Counted from the first letter of the stretch, positions 1 to 14,423 are shown. The stretch is 64,000 nucleotides of DNA from Eledone cirrhosa (GCA_964016885.1 OZ024741.1:376154001-376218000); one strand, 5' to 3'. The notes: generated from the letters alone by a model not told the origin. Numbers and translations are program-made.

Positions 1-285
1 AACATCCAATACGGAATCATCGTTAATTATGTGATGGATGTAAAAACTATATATTACATTTCCTGAATGTGAAAATGGTGGTGGATACGAAAACCATAAC
101 TTTCTTTTGCTTCTCCTTTTTATTTTTATTTTTCTGCACACATACTTTTTTATTATATACAAAAAAATACCTTACCACTACAACCTCCATAATACTCTCA
201 CTTACCCGCTTAAAGTGCTTGTATTACATGTAACACCCTGCCACACAATAATCATATATAAATGAGACACACGTGCATGCCCCAC

Positions 286-441
286 GTGTAACTAACGCAT
301 ACAATAACTACTAGATCTGACTAACAAACTATCCTCTTGCATTATCTATGTTAACTGCCGAATGTGTAACTAACGCATACAATAACTACTAGATCTGACT
401 AACAAACTATCCTCTTGCATTATCTATTTTAACTGCCGAAT
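286..441. repeat. 78-bp tandem duplication
   Basis: gtgtaactaacgcatacaataactactagatctg...ttaactgccgaat occurs at 286 and 364 with one mismatch. Confidence 0.9.
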
Positions 442-868
442 GTATTTTAATTTTGTTTTAAGTTTGTTTTAATTTTAATTTTGATTTTGATTTTGAATTT
501 GAATTGCTATACAGAAATAATATAATATAATATATGTCACTCCACTGTACATCAATATATACATATGTATCTGTATGTTTCTTGCGTTAGAAAGGAAGTC
601 AATTATGTGTACAAACATTGAAAAATGGTCCGAAGACTCCAAGCCTAGGTTTGGATGAGACAATTGTAAGTGAATAAATGCTTTGAACATAGCTTTGATT
701 CTTGTGAATTCTATATAACTGTTCTGTAGAATAACTGATGTTATTACATTGAGCTATTTATCTTACTGGTAATAAGGTAGTAATAAATTACAGACCTTCA
801 CTGTTTAGGGTTTAAAATATATATAACTATAACAAGTTTTAGTATATACATAACCATAAATAGTATCC

Positions 869-941
<73 letters not shown>

Positions 942-946
<5 letters not shown>

Positions 947-3900
947 ATAATAATAAAGTTGAAGACTAAAATCCAAAGAGGGCTCGATAAGGATAAATAT
1001 ATATCAAATATATAAGAACCGTAGAGCAAATATTTATTAAAATAACAGATTAAAGTTTAAGCAAAGAATCGCTGCTAACGGAATCTTCTGAAACTAACAA
1101 AGTCAATCTGTAAACGCAGAACTGGATATTTCAAAAAACGTTGCAACCGGAGGAAGACAGGAAGACGATACTTTGGTTCGTGGAAACGTTCGCTGACAAA
1201 GAACGGGGAAAAACGAATAATACGTCATTAATAGAAGCGGTGAAAAACAATTACGCGCAAAGACAGAACCACGTTTATGGTATAAAAGAGGTCGTAGACT
1301 AATGTTCTCTTAGGTGGTGCATAGAGACGTTCTCTGGCAATGAACGAAAAAACGAAGGTAATACGTCATATGTGGAGCGTGGAGAACAATAGCACGCAAA
1401 GACAAAACCACGTAAATGGTATAGCAGAAGTCGTAGACTAAAATTCTAACTAGGAGACCAAATGAATCTCCGCTACAGAGTTAAAAACAAGTAAATAAGT
1501 ACAATACAGAAGTAATAGAAATAAATAAATACATACACGCAAACAAATACATACATACACAAGCATACGCAAAACCTTACCATAGGTATACAAAACCACG
1601 CACATATAAATATGTTTGTGTGTGTATGCGTGTATACAAATAAATAAATAATTATATAAACGTATATAAATAAATAAATACGTATATAACAAGCGCACAC
1701 ACATACCTACATATAAATACACGAATGTTCGGAGACGTAGGTCAACTAAAACAAGAAGTACACAATACACACACCCACCATACGTACGAACCCGCATACT
1801 CACACAGACGCAAAACTCCCGTATACACATAGCCAAACCCTATGTACCAGAATATATAAAATTATACGCCAAAACAATCAAATATACGTACGAGAAGGTA
1901 TACGTACCTTCACAAAACAAACGGGTAATACATACTTACCTATGCAAATAAGTAAAGGAATAAACAAAACATATACTTTGCTCCCACATCAGGACGTAAA
2001 ATATCCACGTATAGATCGTACTATCCGTTAGGGTATAAAGTGGGGCTGTAATACAGGAAAGTTTTGTGCAATTTATGTTTACAAGCCGAAATTGCCGCAG
2101 ATTTTTTGTTTAAGATGTGGTCTGAGGCGTAGAGTATTTCCAGGGCCTCAGCGGCGCAGAGGTCACATGGTCTTTTATTTCCATTATACGATCTAGCCCT
2201 AGCTAGGATCTCCCAGTGTAACTTATATTGGGTGTGGTTGTCTTTTAGACTCCAGATATAAGCTGAAAGTGACGTCATATTCCTTCTTAGAGGGTAACGA
2301 AAAGAATGGGTATGCATGTAAAGTCGCTGCTTGAAACTATTGGCGGTTAACCCTATGTAGGCCCTACGGGACGTGGGTGTTACAACCTTACATTTGTAGA
2401 CAATGTTACTAGAGAGGCATCTCGGATATGGGGCAATCAGCCCGATTCCTACAATTACAGTTAGTACTAACTACAGGGTTGCACGTGTTCCTACGGCTAG
2501 GTAGTTTAGCTAAATTTGAAGCTGTGATGTTATGTGCAAGGTTAGGAGTCGTAGAGTAAAAAATTTTAATAGTATTTCTATTAAAAACTTTACTATATTT
2601 ATGTGTAGGGGGAAAATGCTTCGTAATAAGGGAAAGAAAGATCTTAGATAATGGTGTGGCCACCTCCATATTATATGGTGGGTTATACCAACAAATGCGA
2701 CGGGATCTATTTCTTCTAGGTCTATTTTCGTACTCAGTATAAGCTACCTTATTGACAAATCCACTTCGAGCAAGAGCTTCATTGTAATAAGTGGAATGGT
2801 CGTTGAAAATACGCTCGTTGGTGGAAAGACGGGAAAGCCTCAACGAAACGTTTCTTACCAGGTTCTTGGTTATGCTAGCAGGATGGTTGGAATGCTTACT
2901 TATGTAATTAAGCGTATCATTCGGCTTTCTATACGGGTAATACAACCCATTCAATGAATTGAGGGTAACGTCGAGGTAATTAACGACCGAGAGATTGGGC
3001 TCAACCTGTATAGAGAGGTTGAAGCCTTTAAAGAAGGCTGTGAGTTCTTTTCTGAACCTGTCGCAAGCACGAGGTCCGCACTTAGTCATGGTCAAAAGAC
3101 CATCGTCACGGTACAAGCCACCGCCCGCGTTGGGGAATTCGTCCTTGATAGAGAAAAGAAAGAAAAGGCCAATAAGATCAGTAACCTCCCCAGAGTCACT
3201 GGCGCCCATACTCACGTCGAATGGGGTACTATTGGATTTTTTAATCCAAATAGAGTCGTCGAAATTAATCACCGACTTTCGGGCATTGAGGATGACATCG
3301 ACTTCGAAATCCTTAACCACTGTGAGTGTTTTAGCGAAATTGATAGCTCTAAGGAGAAGTGGTAAAGTGATGGAGGAGTAGTAATTGTTGATGTCGAATT
3401 GGATAAAACGGCAATGTTCCTTGTTACATATGCCGTTGAACCAATCAATCACCGCGAAACAATTGTTCCACAGTGCAAGAGAGGCCAAACTTCTAATTTG
3501 AGGTATAATTCTATCAAGAATCGTTTTACTAAGTCTACCTAAATCGGACTTCGTAGGGTTAATAATCCGAATAGAGGGGTTTTTTCGGAAAATTGGATTT
3601 GTGATCCTTCAGGGTAAAGTGGGGAGAAATAGGTTCCAAAGGTTCGGTCCGGTCCAGGATGTTGAGATCAGATGTGATTTTAAACCCAGCATCGTTGATT
3701 TCATTGATGACGCACCGATTAGTTTTATGGTAATCCTTAGTTATAGCATTATGTAGTAGTTGATGGTAAGTACTGCGCTCCACTTGATATAGGTTGCCAG
3801 TTTTGTGGGAATGGACGTGCACAGCGTTAGAATCCTTAATAGAACGAATTCTTGCTGGAAGGAATTGCTCCTATTCCGAAATTTGATGCTCCGAATGAGT

Positions 3901-4720
3901 TCCAAGACATCATTTTCGAAGGGTAGCAATGCTGGGTTACACGGAGGGTTATTATAGGTTTTAAATCCAAACTTATCCTGTTTGTTGTCTGCTTTTCGCG
4001 GATTATCGAAATAAAAGGCGCGCCAACGCAACCTTTTAATAAACGCGTCTGTTTTCTGTATCAGGAGTTTTAGGTATGTTTTCCTGCTAGGTATGGGTAT
4101 GTTCTTTGTAGAAATATTCAGATGTTGTTTCTGCATGATGAATATAAGTCAGTAGAGTGCTCAACCGAGGGAGCCAAATAGTAATGATAATAAATTTGAA
4201 GACTAAAATCCAAAGAGGGCTCGATAAGGTTAAATATATATCAAATATATAAGAACCGTAGAGCAAATATTTATTAAAATAACAGATTAAAGTTTAAGCA
4301 AAGAATCGCTGCTTTCACCCTTAACGGGTATACCATTTACGTGGTTTTGTCTTTGCGTGCTATTGTTCTCCACGCTCCACATATGACGTATTATCTTCGT
4401 TTTTTCGTTCATTGCCAGAGAACGTCTCTATGCACCACCTAAGAGAACATTAGTCTACGACCTCTTTTATACCATAAACGTGGTTCTGTCTTTGCGCGTA
4501 ATTGTTTTTCACCGCTCCTATTAATGACGTTTATTCGTTTTTTCCCGTTCTTTGTCAGCGAACGTTTCCACGAACCAAAGTATCGTCTTTCTGTCTTCCT
4601 CCGGTTGCAACGTTTTTTGAAATATCCAGTTCTGCGTTTACAGATTGACTTTGTTAGTTTCAGAAGATTCCGTTAGCAGCGATTCTTTGCTTAAACTTTA
4701 ATCTGTTATTTTAATAAATA
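942..4720 (-). mobile_element. Penelope-like retroelement, family H1 (Hydra-clade-like), near full length, with 3' pLTR, partial direct 5' pLTR and inverted pLTR
   Basis: RT and GIY-YIG ORF remnants. 942-1075 is repeated directly at 4180-4328, 4329-4720 is the reverse complement of about 1029-1421, and both ends abut (TA)n. Confidence 0.93.
2021..4136 (-). pseudogene. Frameshifted PLE reverse transcriptase / GIY-YIG endonuclease ORF
   Basis: Motifs TLKDHK, FIQFDINNYYSSI, FDVSMGASDSGEV, GLYRDDGL, NYLDVTL, SNHP, WYNPPY, CNCRNRADCP linker, CDLC; split over several frames. Confidence 0.92.
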
Positions 4721-4916
4721 TATATATATATATATATATACTTGTAGATACGCTTGCACGTAAGGGTTTCATATATATATTTATTAAATTGTATGTAGTC
4801 GTGTTTAAAGTTTATTATAATAAATTATCGTATTTTGAGCTGATATAAGTATATAAGTTTTTTCGAGTATTTATATTTGAAAACGAATTTCTTTACATAT
4901 ATATAATATGGAAATA

Positions 4917-4996
4917 GCTGTCTGAAGATCTAATTCTTTCCATTGGAAATTCTCTGGATTTCCAATCTTTTGATTAGTGAAACCGTCGGTAACAGC
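4917..4996 (+). ncRNA. Type I hammerhead ribozyme, canonical core
   Basis: Stem I GCTGT/ACAGC; CTGAAGA; stem II CTAATT/GATTAG extended by ATTGGAAAT/ATTTCCAAT; GAAA; stem III ACCGTCGGT; GUA site. Confidence 0.85.
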
Positions 4997-5379
4997 AATA
5001 GAACAGGTGAATATTTAAATCATTTTTTAATTTATTTAAAAGATTGTTTGATAATTGCTTGCTCCGCTCATTTTTATAGTTCTGGTATCTCAAATTAGTA
5101 CCATCGAACCACAACTATTATAAACACCATGTATATTTCTACAGGTACCTAGTGTCTGTTGGAATATCCATACCCTTTTATGATTTTTCTCCTTATGTAG
5201 GGAGCAAAACGTTGTATCGCGCTGCTATTTTTAGTGGCATGATCAACAAGTTTATAATAAGCAGCTTTTACTTGTGGCCTAATTTTGTATGTGCGTCACT
5301 CTAACGGCTTGACCGCAGGCGTCGGGCAGTAAGCGAAATATTGACTTACTATGAGATTTGCACCCTTATGGTATGGAAA

Positions 5380-5423
<44 letters not shown>

Positions 5424-5429
5424 AACACT

Positions 5430-5556
5430 TGTATTGTTTGTACCAGAGTTTTCAAGTCGCTGGCTGAACTAAAAAGTCACACTCGTTCAGCGCATCAGTT
5501 CTCCTACATGGATATAAAGTAGTGGCCGTACTCGAAAACGAGTTGGCAGCCACCAT
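5430..5556 (+). mobile_element. 3' fragment of RTE-derived non-autonomous element
   Basis: Matches the 3' end of 16690-17319 and ends gcagccacc(at)n. Confidence 0.75.
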
Positions 5557-6012
5557 ATGTATATATATATATTTATGTATATGTATGTATGTATATGCAT
5601 ATATATGTATATATGTATGTATGTGTATGTATGTGTATATATATATGTATATGTATATATATATATGTGTGTATGTATATGTATGTGTATGTGTGTATGT
5701 ATATATATGTATATGTATATGTGTATATATATGTATATATATATATGTATATGTATATATATATGTATATATATGTATATATATGTATATGTATGTATAT
5801 GTGTGTATATGTATATGTATGTATATGTATATATATATATATATGTATATATATATGTATATGTATATATATATATCTATATATATATATGTATATGTAT
5901 ATATATATGTATATATATATGTATATGTATATATATATGTATATATATATGTATATGTATATATATATGTATATATATGTATATGTATATATATATGTAT
6001 ATGTATATATAC

Positions 6013-6043
<31 letters not shown>

Positions 6044-6329
6044 TGTATATATATGTATATGTATATGTATATATGTATGTATATGTATATGTATATATGT
6101 ATATGTATATATATGTATATATATATGTATATGTATATATATATGTGTATGTGTATGTATATGTATGTGTATATGTATATGTATATATATCTATGTATGT
6201 ATATGTATATATGTATATATATATATATATGTATATATATACATATGTATATATATATATGTATATGTATGTATATGTATATATATATATATATTTGTAT
6301 GTATATATGTGTATATATATATATATGTG

Positions 6330-6365
<36 letters not shown>

Positions 6366-6611
6366 TGTATATGTATATATGTATGTGTATGTATATGTAT
6401 ATGTATGTATGTGTATGTATATGTATGTGTATATATGTATATGTATATGTGTGTATATATGTATGCATATGTATGAATGTATGTATGTGTATATATATGT
6501 ATACGTATATGTGTATGTGTATATATGTATGTGTGTATATATTTATATGTATATGTATCAGTGTATGTGTATGTATATGTGTATATGTATATATATATAT
6601 GTATATGTGTA

Positions 6612-6674
<63 letters not shown>

Positions 6675-6763
6675 ATGTATATATAAATATGTATATGTAT
6701 GTATATATGTATGTGTATGTATATATGTATATGTATATATATGTATATGTATGTGTATATATG
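5557..6763. repeat. Compound (TA)n/(TATG)n/(TG)n microsatellite
   Basis: Direct inspection. Confidence 0.97.
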
Positions 6764-9408
6764 TAAACACAGAGACACAGAAAACAGGTAATGACAGTAG
6801 CACAGAAATAAGGGAAGGTAATAGGATTGAAAGGAGAAGGGAGACAATGGACAGAGAAAATAACCAAGACGAACACATAGACACACAAAATAGAGTAGAT
6901 AATGACAATGAGCCAGAGGAAAGAGACAGGAGTAATAATGAGAGACTTAGAAACAAACATGAGGCTGTTTGTGGAAATAGAAATAGAAACAACACAACCA
7001 ACAATAACAATAGTACTAGTACACATAATGTAGCAGCCTGGAACTCTACTTTTTATAATCCCTCCGATAAGTCGTCCGACCTGCGACGAGTCCACGCCAC
7101 GACTATAGCTTTTAACAAAGGCTCGCAATTGCTGTCGCAGGTCGATGAACAAACAGAAGCACAATTTAGTATAGCTAGATCTAAACTTAGAAATATTATA
7201 GAACAGTATAGCAAGAAATATAATAGAATGGAGGCCCAGCAACTGGGAGAAAAATCTGCAAATGGCTTGCGTAAGCTCATGCAACGCTCGCGTAATGGAG
7301 AGATAGCATGCTTTCCAACAGACAAGTCTGGCAGAATGTCGGTTGACAGTCTGCCAAACTACATCCAGGCAATGCAACCCTACATCACTAACACAAGAGA
7401 AGTAACAGCACAAGAGCATGACGATAGAGAAAAAGCCCCCAATGCCCATATGATGATGTGGACAAATATAATGCAGCCCAACAAAAGGACTGCCAACAAC
7501 TTCCAGGCCTGGAACAATGACGTGCCAGCGTTGTTTGGGCTTCGAAAAGACCATAAAACGATCAGTGACCCTGTCACAGGACCACCAACACGGCCAGTCT
7601 GTGGAGCTAATATTGCTAGTAACTACAGACTGTCCTACTTCCTCTCCCTGATCATACGCCTCATCATTGAAATGTCCCCAGATGTATGTGACAGCACGGA
7701 GGACCTCCTCAGCAGAATCGGCGAGAGTAACCGATCTAGGGACCTAACAAACTGCATAATAGGTAGTATGGATGGTGTGTCCCTGTATCCATCTATTTAC
7801 GTGGATTTTGCTGTGGAGAAATGCGTAGAAATGATCAGTGAGAGCAATGTTGAATTCCGTGGGATTGATACCAGTGAGCTGGGACTCCTACTTAAACTTA
7901 CCTATAGTAATAATTATCTAGACACATATGACCTTAGCAACCTGTGCCCTACAAGACCAGCAAGAGGCAGACCACCTACCATTACCTCAATGGCCAAGAA
8001 AACCCACACAGATAGATGGAACGGGTGGACCAGAGCCATACGGACCCTCGAAAACCACGATGAACTAAAGAAAGTGATTGCACATGCGGTGGTGCCCAGC
8101 ATAAAATTAACCCTTAAGGAACATATGTTCAAATTGAATGAAAAAACATATGCCCAAGAGGAGGGCGCAGCCATTGGTGTTAGCATTGCAGGCGACATAG
8201 CTAACCTATTCATGGTATGGTGAGACAGTAGAATTAAACGTAAACTTAAAGAACAATTAGAAGACACCTTAACCCTGATAATGTACTCCCGCTACATCGT
8301 AGTTAAAACACCCCCACTAGAGAACAGTCAAGAATTAGAGAAAAACACAATGGAAAGCATCCAGCAAATAGCTAACTCCATCCACCAGAGTATTAGAGTT
8401 ACTATAGACTACCCAATCAAACACCCCAACCATCGATTACCTGTACTAGACACAAAGTTCTGGTTAGATACCATTAATAACAAAACACAAATCCTCCATT
8501 CCCATTATGCCAAACCCATGACTTCCAAATATCTGATCCACCGAAACTCAGCTGTTTCGGACCATACCAAAATCAACATACTGATTGCGGATTTGGTACG
8601 GGTGATGAGAAACGTGTCCCGCATGTGCAACCCCGAAGAACTAGAGAGACACATACAACACTTCATCCACCGTATGCAGTTCTCTGGTTACAATCAGAGA
8701 GATAAAATCAGAGTGTATAGAGGAGCCAGAACCAAATGGTGAAAAAATGGTAAATAATGACACAAATGGGACCTGGCCCTTGTATAGGAGCAAATTTTGG
8801 AATAGAATAGAAAGAACTAGGAACAAGGCTAATAGAATAAACTCATGGTATGATAGCAATAAATATCAGAGTGTAATCTTCATCGATACAACCCCTAGAG
8901 GTGAATTAGCTTACAAATTTAGAAGGGCCCTCGATAAACATAAACTCAATATTAAGATAGTAGAAAGACCAGGTACCTCCATAAAACACTTATTAGGAAG
9001 ACATACCCTTTTCAAAGACCTCCTTGTATCGATAAGAAATGTATAATCTGTAAATTAAGCCTCCATATTAACTGTAAAACTAGAAATGTAGTATATAGTA
9101 TAAGATGTACTGAAGGACAATGTAGAGATCAAAATATAGTGTACATAGGTGAGACAGCTCGTAGTATATGGGAACGGATAAATGAACACTGGCGAGACCT
9201 TCAAGATAGTAAAGAATCATCTGTACTCTACCAACATGCTAAAATAGAACATAAGGGTAAATTAGAGAACATAGAAATAAAAATAGAATCTACACACAGA
9301 AAAGACGCAATGTTTAGACAAATCACAGAGGCAATAAACATAAATGAACTCCAACCAAAATTAAATAGAAAACGTGAGTGGACCAGCAACATCACAACTT
9401 ACAATTAA
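6764..9408 (+). pseudogene. Disrupted PLE RT / GIY-YIG ORF
   Basis: [66 protein letters not shown]...VYIGETARS..ERINEH; contains stops and frameshifts, and the catalytic YxDD is deleted (YSRY-IVV). Confidence 0.88.
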
Positions 9409-9610
9409 GGACAAAATGAAAACACACACACACATAGAACAAACAACCAACCAGTAACATGTAAATAAACAAATAAATAAACGAATATAAACACACACAG
9501 ACACCCGGATGTAACACATGCGCAAACTAAGCACACAACACACACACACAAATAAGATGGCGTAGGACAGAACAAAGGAGATGCACAAAAAACAAAGAAA
9601 ACAATCCCCA

Positions 9611-9653
9611 GTCACTGAAGAGGTTACAGAATGTGTGACGAAAGAACTTTGAC
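9611..9653 (+). ncRNA. Minimal type I hammerhead-like motif in pLTR
   Basis: GTCA/TGAC stem I; CTGAAGA plus an extra G; GTTACA/TGTGAC stem II; GAAA; very short stem III; CUU site. Confidence 0.55.
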
Positions 9654-9861
9654 AATATATAAACAACCATCTGGTTGTGGAACCAACCAACCAACCGGAA
9701 ATTTATAAATTCCTAAATTTATAAATTTATTATAATAAATTGAAGTGAAAGCCAACTGGTACGTGTGTTTCTTATTGGCAACATGACCCTCCCAAAGTAT
9801 AACAATATCGGTTTCAACACACGTTTTCAGATAAAGAATCTTGCTAAACAAATTCAGAAAC

Positions 9862-9918
<57 letters not shown>

Positions 9919-10134
9919 ATATATGTATATGTATATGTGTATGTATATGTATATATATGTGTATATGTATATGTATGTGTGTATATATATATATGTATAT
10001 ATATGTATACATATATGTTTGTATATATGTGTGTATATATATGTATGTATGTATGCATATATGTGTATATGTGTATGTATATGTGTGTATATATATGTGT
10101 ATATGTGTGTATATATATATATGTATATATATCT

Positions 10135-10547
10135 TCCGGGAAGATGACCCCTTAGCCTTTGTCAAGGCAGAATTCCAGGAGAAGGAAAACTCTGATATAA
10201 CACCTGCATCCCTGATGGTATCCAATGATGTTGACTTGTTCTTCTTTTTGGTAAATATCATCTTGGTTAAGAAGAGTGGGACTGGCTTTGTGCAGTGCCT
10301 TTGCTCACTATAAAAGCTTCACGGCACAGGCATTGCTTTATATCTGGAGATCTCTCTGCACTTGTCATCACAGGGTTAAATGGGCCCAGCACTATGTGTC
10401 AGTAATTGTCACAAGTGTAGTGTTTGTACCAGAGTTTTCAAGTCGCTGGCTGGACTAAAAAGTCACACTCGTTCAGCGCATAAGTAGGGGTACTCCTACA
10501 TGGATATAAAGTAGTGGCCGTACTCGAAAACGAGTTGGCAGCCACCA
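10135..10547 (+). mobile_element. 5'-truncated RTE-derived non-autonomous element
   Basis: Colinear with 16907-17319; same 3' terminus in (TA)n. Confidence 0.8.
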
Positions 10548-10561
10548 TATATATATGTATG

Positions 10562-10621
<60 letters not shown>

Positions 10622-10625
<4 letters not shown>

Positions 10626-10852
10626 TATAGAATTCTTTCTGCCTTTGTCACTCTAAATATAATTTAAAGAATTAGCTTTTAATGAATTCCCTTTTCTTTC
10701 ACCCAATGACCTCCACCCATCCCACTCCCCACCCTCTCATACTACCAGAAAAGATATAAATACCACCACATTTATTTGGAAAGTCAGATTCCTGATGATT
10801 TCTCAAGGATGAAACAGTTCTGGTCCTGTATATTTTTATCTATATTAAAATT
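10622..10852 (+). mobile_element. Solo PLE pLTR fragment with a degenerate hammerhead (core CTGATGA at 10792)
   Basis: Similar to 23811-24067; CTGATGA...GAAACAGTTCTGGTCCTGTA, but the 3' arm of stem I is eroded. Confidence 0.7.
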
Positions 10853-10857
10853 GTATG

Positions 10858-10888
<31 letters not shown>

Positions 10889-10889
10889 G

Positions 10890-10998
<109 letters not shown>

Positions 10999-11051
10999 CA
11001 GGAAAGAAGAGTGACATGGTTTGCTATACAAAAAAGGTTTTTAATCTCATT

Positions 11052-11157
11052 GCTGACAATTGTTTCTCTGAACTGGTAGGTCTAGAGATCGCTATCCGCT
11101 TATTTTCGCGTTACTCGATCGCCAATACAAAATTATAACCAGTCAGTTCATCGGAGC
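11052..11157 (-). ncRNA. Hammerhead-like motif, U4C core variant (CCGAUGA)
   Basis: GCT-CCGATGA-long stem II-GAAA-CAATTG-TC-AGC; mirror copy at 14035. Confidence 0.55.
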
Positions 11158-11981
11158 TTGCGAGAATGAAGAGAATATATAGGCATGAAAAGAATATACA
11201 GGCTACTATATGTAGTAGTAATGGCATTCAGTTAGAACAATAACAACAATATCAACAATGCTAGCAATAAATTATTTGAAATAATCACAACATCAATCTA
11301 GGTGGGAAGTATAGTATAACTACGATTTTAGCGTGTAAAACTAGCTGACACGAGGCAGATGTATAAAATTGACATGTAAAGACTGTCGTAGGGTGTATTA
11401 TATCAAGTGTAAAGATAAGCTGGTGTTTTTAAACAATGTAGGTCAGGTGGCCGCAATAGTCGGTTTTTATCTGACGGATGAAGTATTTATCACTGTAGTA
11501 GAAATTGTGTGGTCTATATTAGATGAGAGTTCTGTCTATCCTTTCCATCCTCAATAACATACATGTATAAGACAACACTAACAAAGCTAAGCAATGGGAA
11601 AGTTAATACAGAGGTTATGGAGGTATTATATATATATGTATACACATATATATACACACGCACATGCACACAAACATATACATACATATACACACACACT
11701 CATACAAATACATACATACAAAGAGAAAACATGCTGACTATAATTATAGCAAGATTAAGGTACAGTTCCGTTGTAGTAGTATTTTGAAATGTTCTTGGAT
11801 TTAGGATCAAGTGATGACAGCAGCTGAGAAGAGATAAGTTTATGGGTTGATGAGGTACTTACAGACATTAGTGTGGTATAGAACTAAGAAGGCTAGAATG
11901 TACTTAATGATTATATTTCTGTGGTGATTCGTGCAGAGTAGTGGGTATTCTAGTTGAAGGCTATGTTACGTCGGTTCGATT

Positions 11982-13805
11982 CATGGAGGTTTAAATCTTA
12001 TTAATTTAGTGGCAATTTTGTGTCTGCAGAAGATAGATCTTTCTAACTTGTTGTTAAGTAGCCTTTTTACATTTTTAAGGATATACAGTAGTTCTAGATC
12101 ACATAGCCCACAGTGGGACATACCTGTACTGTAGGTTTTAGCAGCCGACAACCTCGACCAGTTGATACTGTAACTAGTGTTGTTGTCCTTCAGTTCCCAT
12201 ATTTTTTGGCGTGCAATTTTTCATCGAGTGCCTGTGCACATACCATCTTTTTTTAAAAGAACCCGCGGTGGATCCAATGTAATGCCAGGTGGAATTGTGT
12301 GAGTTGACCGTACACATGTACACTATGCTCGAATCGAGACATCTATTCGCCAATGGGTACCTATCCGTTAGGTGACAGTTACAGTTTGAGGTGTTATTTC
12401 GTGCAGCTTCTACACTGCTGTTTAGTACTCTGCTATAAGTGGGTTGTGATTCATGCCCGTTGGGGTATTGCTGTTGCGCGCTTGTATGTGCTTGCGGTTG
12501 TGGTACTGTGATGTGTTTATGCTTATAATTTGGTGCTATGTTGCGCATAGGTGGCGCTGATACCCTAGAGATATTTCTGTGGTTGATCCTGCGTATGTGC
12601 GATTCTATATTTGCTGCCGTAGAGTATGAGAGTTTTATAGTATTTCTATTGAGTATTTTATGATATCTATGTGAAATAGGGAAGTGTTTATCTATTAGTT
12701 TAAAGAATGTAGAAGGCAGTCTGGTTTTTCAGAGGAGTTGAAGATTGGGTTGAACCGTAGGTATTTTCTTTCTCTGATTCTTCTATTGTTTCTAGGGTTT
12801 ACGTTATTAGTGTTTTGACCGTTCACTCTAGGTGCTACGTGCCTAACCCTATGTCTAGTCCAGTTACTTCTATTTTTGTGTAAGCGGCTGGTATAGTTGC
12901 TATTAGGATTGTTTACGTTGTCTTTATTCGCTATATACTGCAGTTTATCTTTATGTCCGGCCCTACGTAATGCTGCGTTATAATAGTTAGCATGTTCGTT
13001 AAAGATTTCTTGGTTTGGGGATAAGCGGGATATTCGAAGGGATATACTACGTGCTATGGATCTGATTATGGATTTGGGGTGGTTTGAGTTATAACTAATG
13101 TAGGCCAGATTTTCATTATTTTTGTGGAAAGGTTCTATTAATCCCGTATTTAGATTTAGAGTCACATCTAGAAATTTTAACCTCTTATGGTTCAGTTCGT
13201 AGGTAATACTTAGGCCTAGTTTTTTGAAGAATGTTCTAATGTTTTTTCTTAAACTTTCCATGCTCTGGTTGTTTAAGTTCTTAGCTATAAGGAGCGTGTC
13301 GTCTCTATAAATCCCTCCTTGGAGGTTACTGAATTCCTTATGTAGGTTGTGTGCTATGAATAGCCCCACGATGTCTGTGATTTGCGCAGAGTCATTTGAT
13401 CCCATTGTTATATCGGAGCTGTTTATCCTATCTCTTCTTACCCAGTAGCTATTTTCAAATTTTATGATAATCCTTCTAGCCGCTATTATTATTTCAATTT
13501 CCTCAGAAGTAAGATCGGAGTTATTTTGGGCAAATATAAGCGCTTTATCTAGAGTCGCTGGGGATATGGATGAATAGTAGTCGTCTATATCAAATTGTAT
13601 GAAGTTACACGTCTCCCTATTTTGTATTTTATTGAACCATTCAATCGCCTCGTTAGTATTACCCCATACATTGATTTCTAGTTTACCCTTTATTTGTGCG
13701 ATTACCCTATCTAGAATGTTCTTGCTAATTTTGACTATGTCTGACTTGGATGGGCATATTAATCTAATGGTAGGGTTTGTTTCAAAACTATTTTTGTGAT
13801 CCTTC
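11982..13805 (-). pseudogene. Truncated PLE RT / GIY-YIG ORF
   Basis: KDHK, FIQFDIDDYYSSI, MGSNDSAQITDIVG, GIYRDD, FLDVTL, SNHP, CNC linker, IVYMC...HYIGST..FKKRW, CGLC. Confidence 0.9.
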
Positions 13806-14034
13806 GACAGTCTTTACATGTCAATTTTATACATCTGCCTCGTATCAGCTAGTTTTATACGGTAAATCGTAGATATACTATACTTCCCACCTAGATTGAT
13901 GTTGTGATTATTTCAAATAATTTATTGCTAGCATTGTTGATATTGTTGTTATTGTTCTAACTGAATGCCATTACTACTACATATAGTAGCCTGTATATTC
14001 TTTTCATGCCTGTATATTCTCTTCATTCTCGCAA

Positions 14035-14149
14035 GCTCCGATGAACTGACTGGTTAGACTGGTAATAATTTTGTATTGGCGATCGAGTAACGCGAAAATA
14101 AGCGGATTGCGATCTCTAGACCTACCAGTTCAGAGAAACAATTGTCAGC
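14035..14149 (+). ncRNA. Hammerhead-like motif, U4C core variant
   Basis: GCT/AGC stem I; CCGATGA; CTGACTGGT/ACCAGTTCAG stem II; GAAA; palindromic ACAATTGT; GUC. Confidence 0.55.
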
Positions 14150-14375
14150 AATTATATTAAAAACCTTTTTTGTATAGCAAACCATGTCACTCTTCTTTCT
14201 TGATTTATTATTACTCCAAGTGTTTACAACATAGGAATTACAGCGTACTCACAGCATCAGTATGGAAACGCCTTGTTGAGTCAAACTTAGCCAAGCGTTG
14301 ATATCATCCACTACCCGGAGTACCATAACTGGACTACACCTAAGTGCACTGCATATAACTATTATTTGTTACCCC

Positions 14376-14423
<48 letters not shown>

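Larger units (their letters stand above)
6764..9862 (+). mobile_element. Penelope-like element (Neptune-like), degenerate, with 3' pLTR
   Basis: RT and GIY-YIG remnants; its 3' end recurs as a fold-back at 34161-34748; flanked by TA microsatellites. Confidence 0.88.

Noticed and set aside
5452-7554. Long ORFs (700 aa, 888 aa N-terminus, and the many [12 protein letters not shown] ORFs across the window)
   Set aside because: These are stop-free translations of TA/TG/CA microsatellites; only the part of the 888-aa ORF after about 6764 is a PLE RT remnant
8215-8230. In-frame TGA in the PLE ORF as possible selenocysteine (as in Naiad PLEs)
   Set aside because: It falls at an expected Trp position (MVW*D) in a copy with frameshifts and a deleted YxDD, and the EN is C-terminal; simple decay explains it
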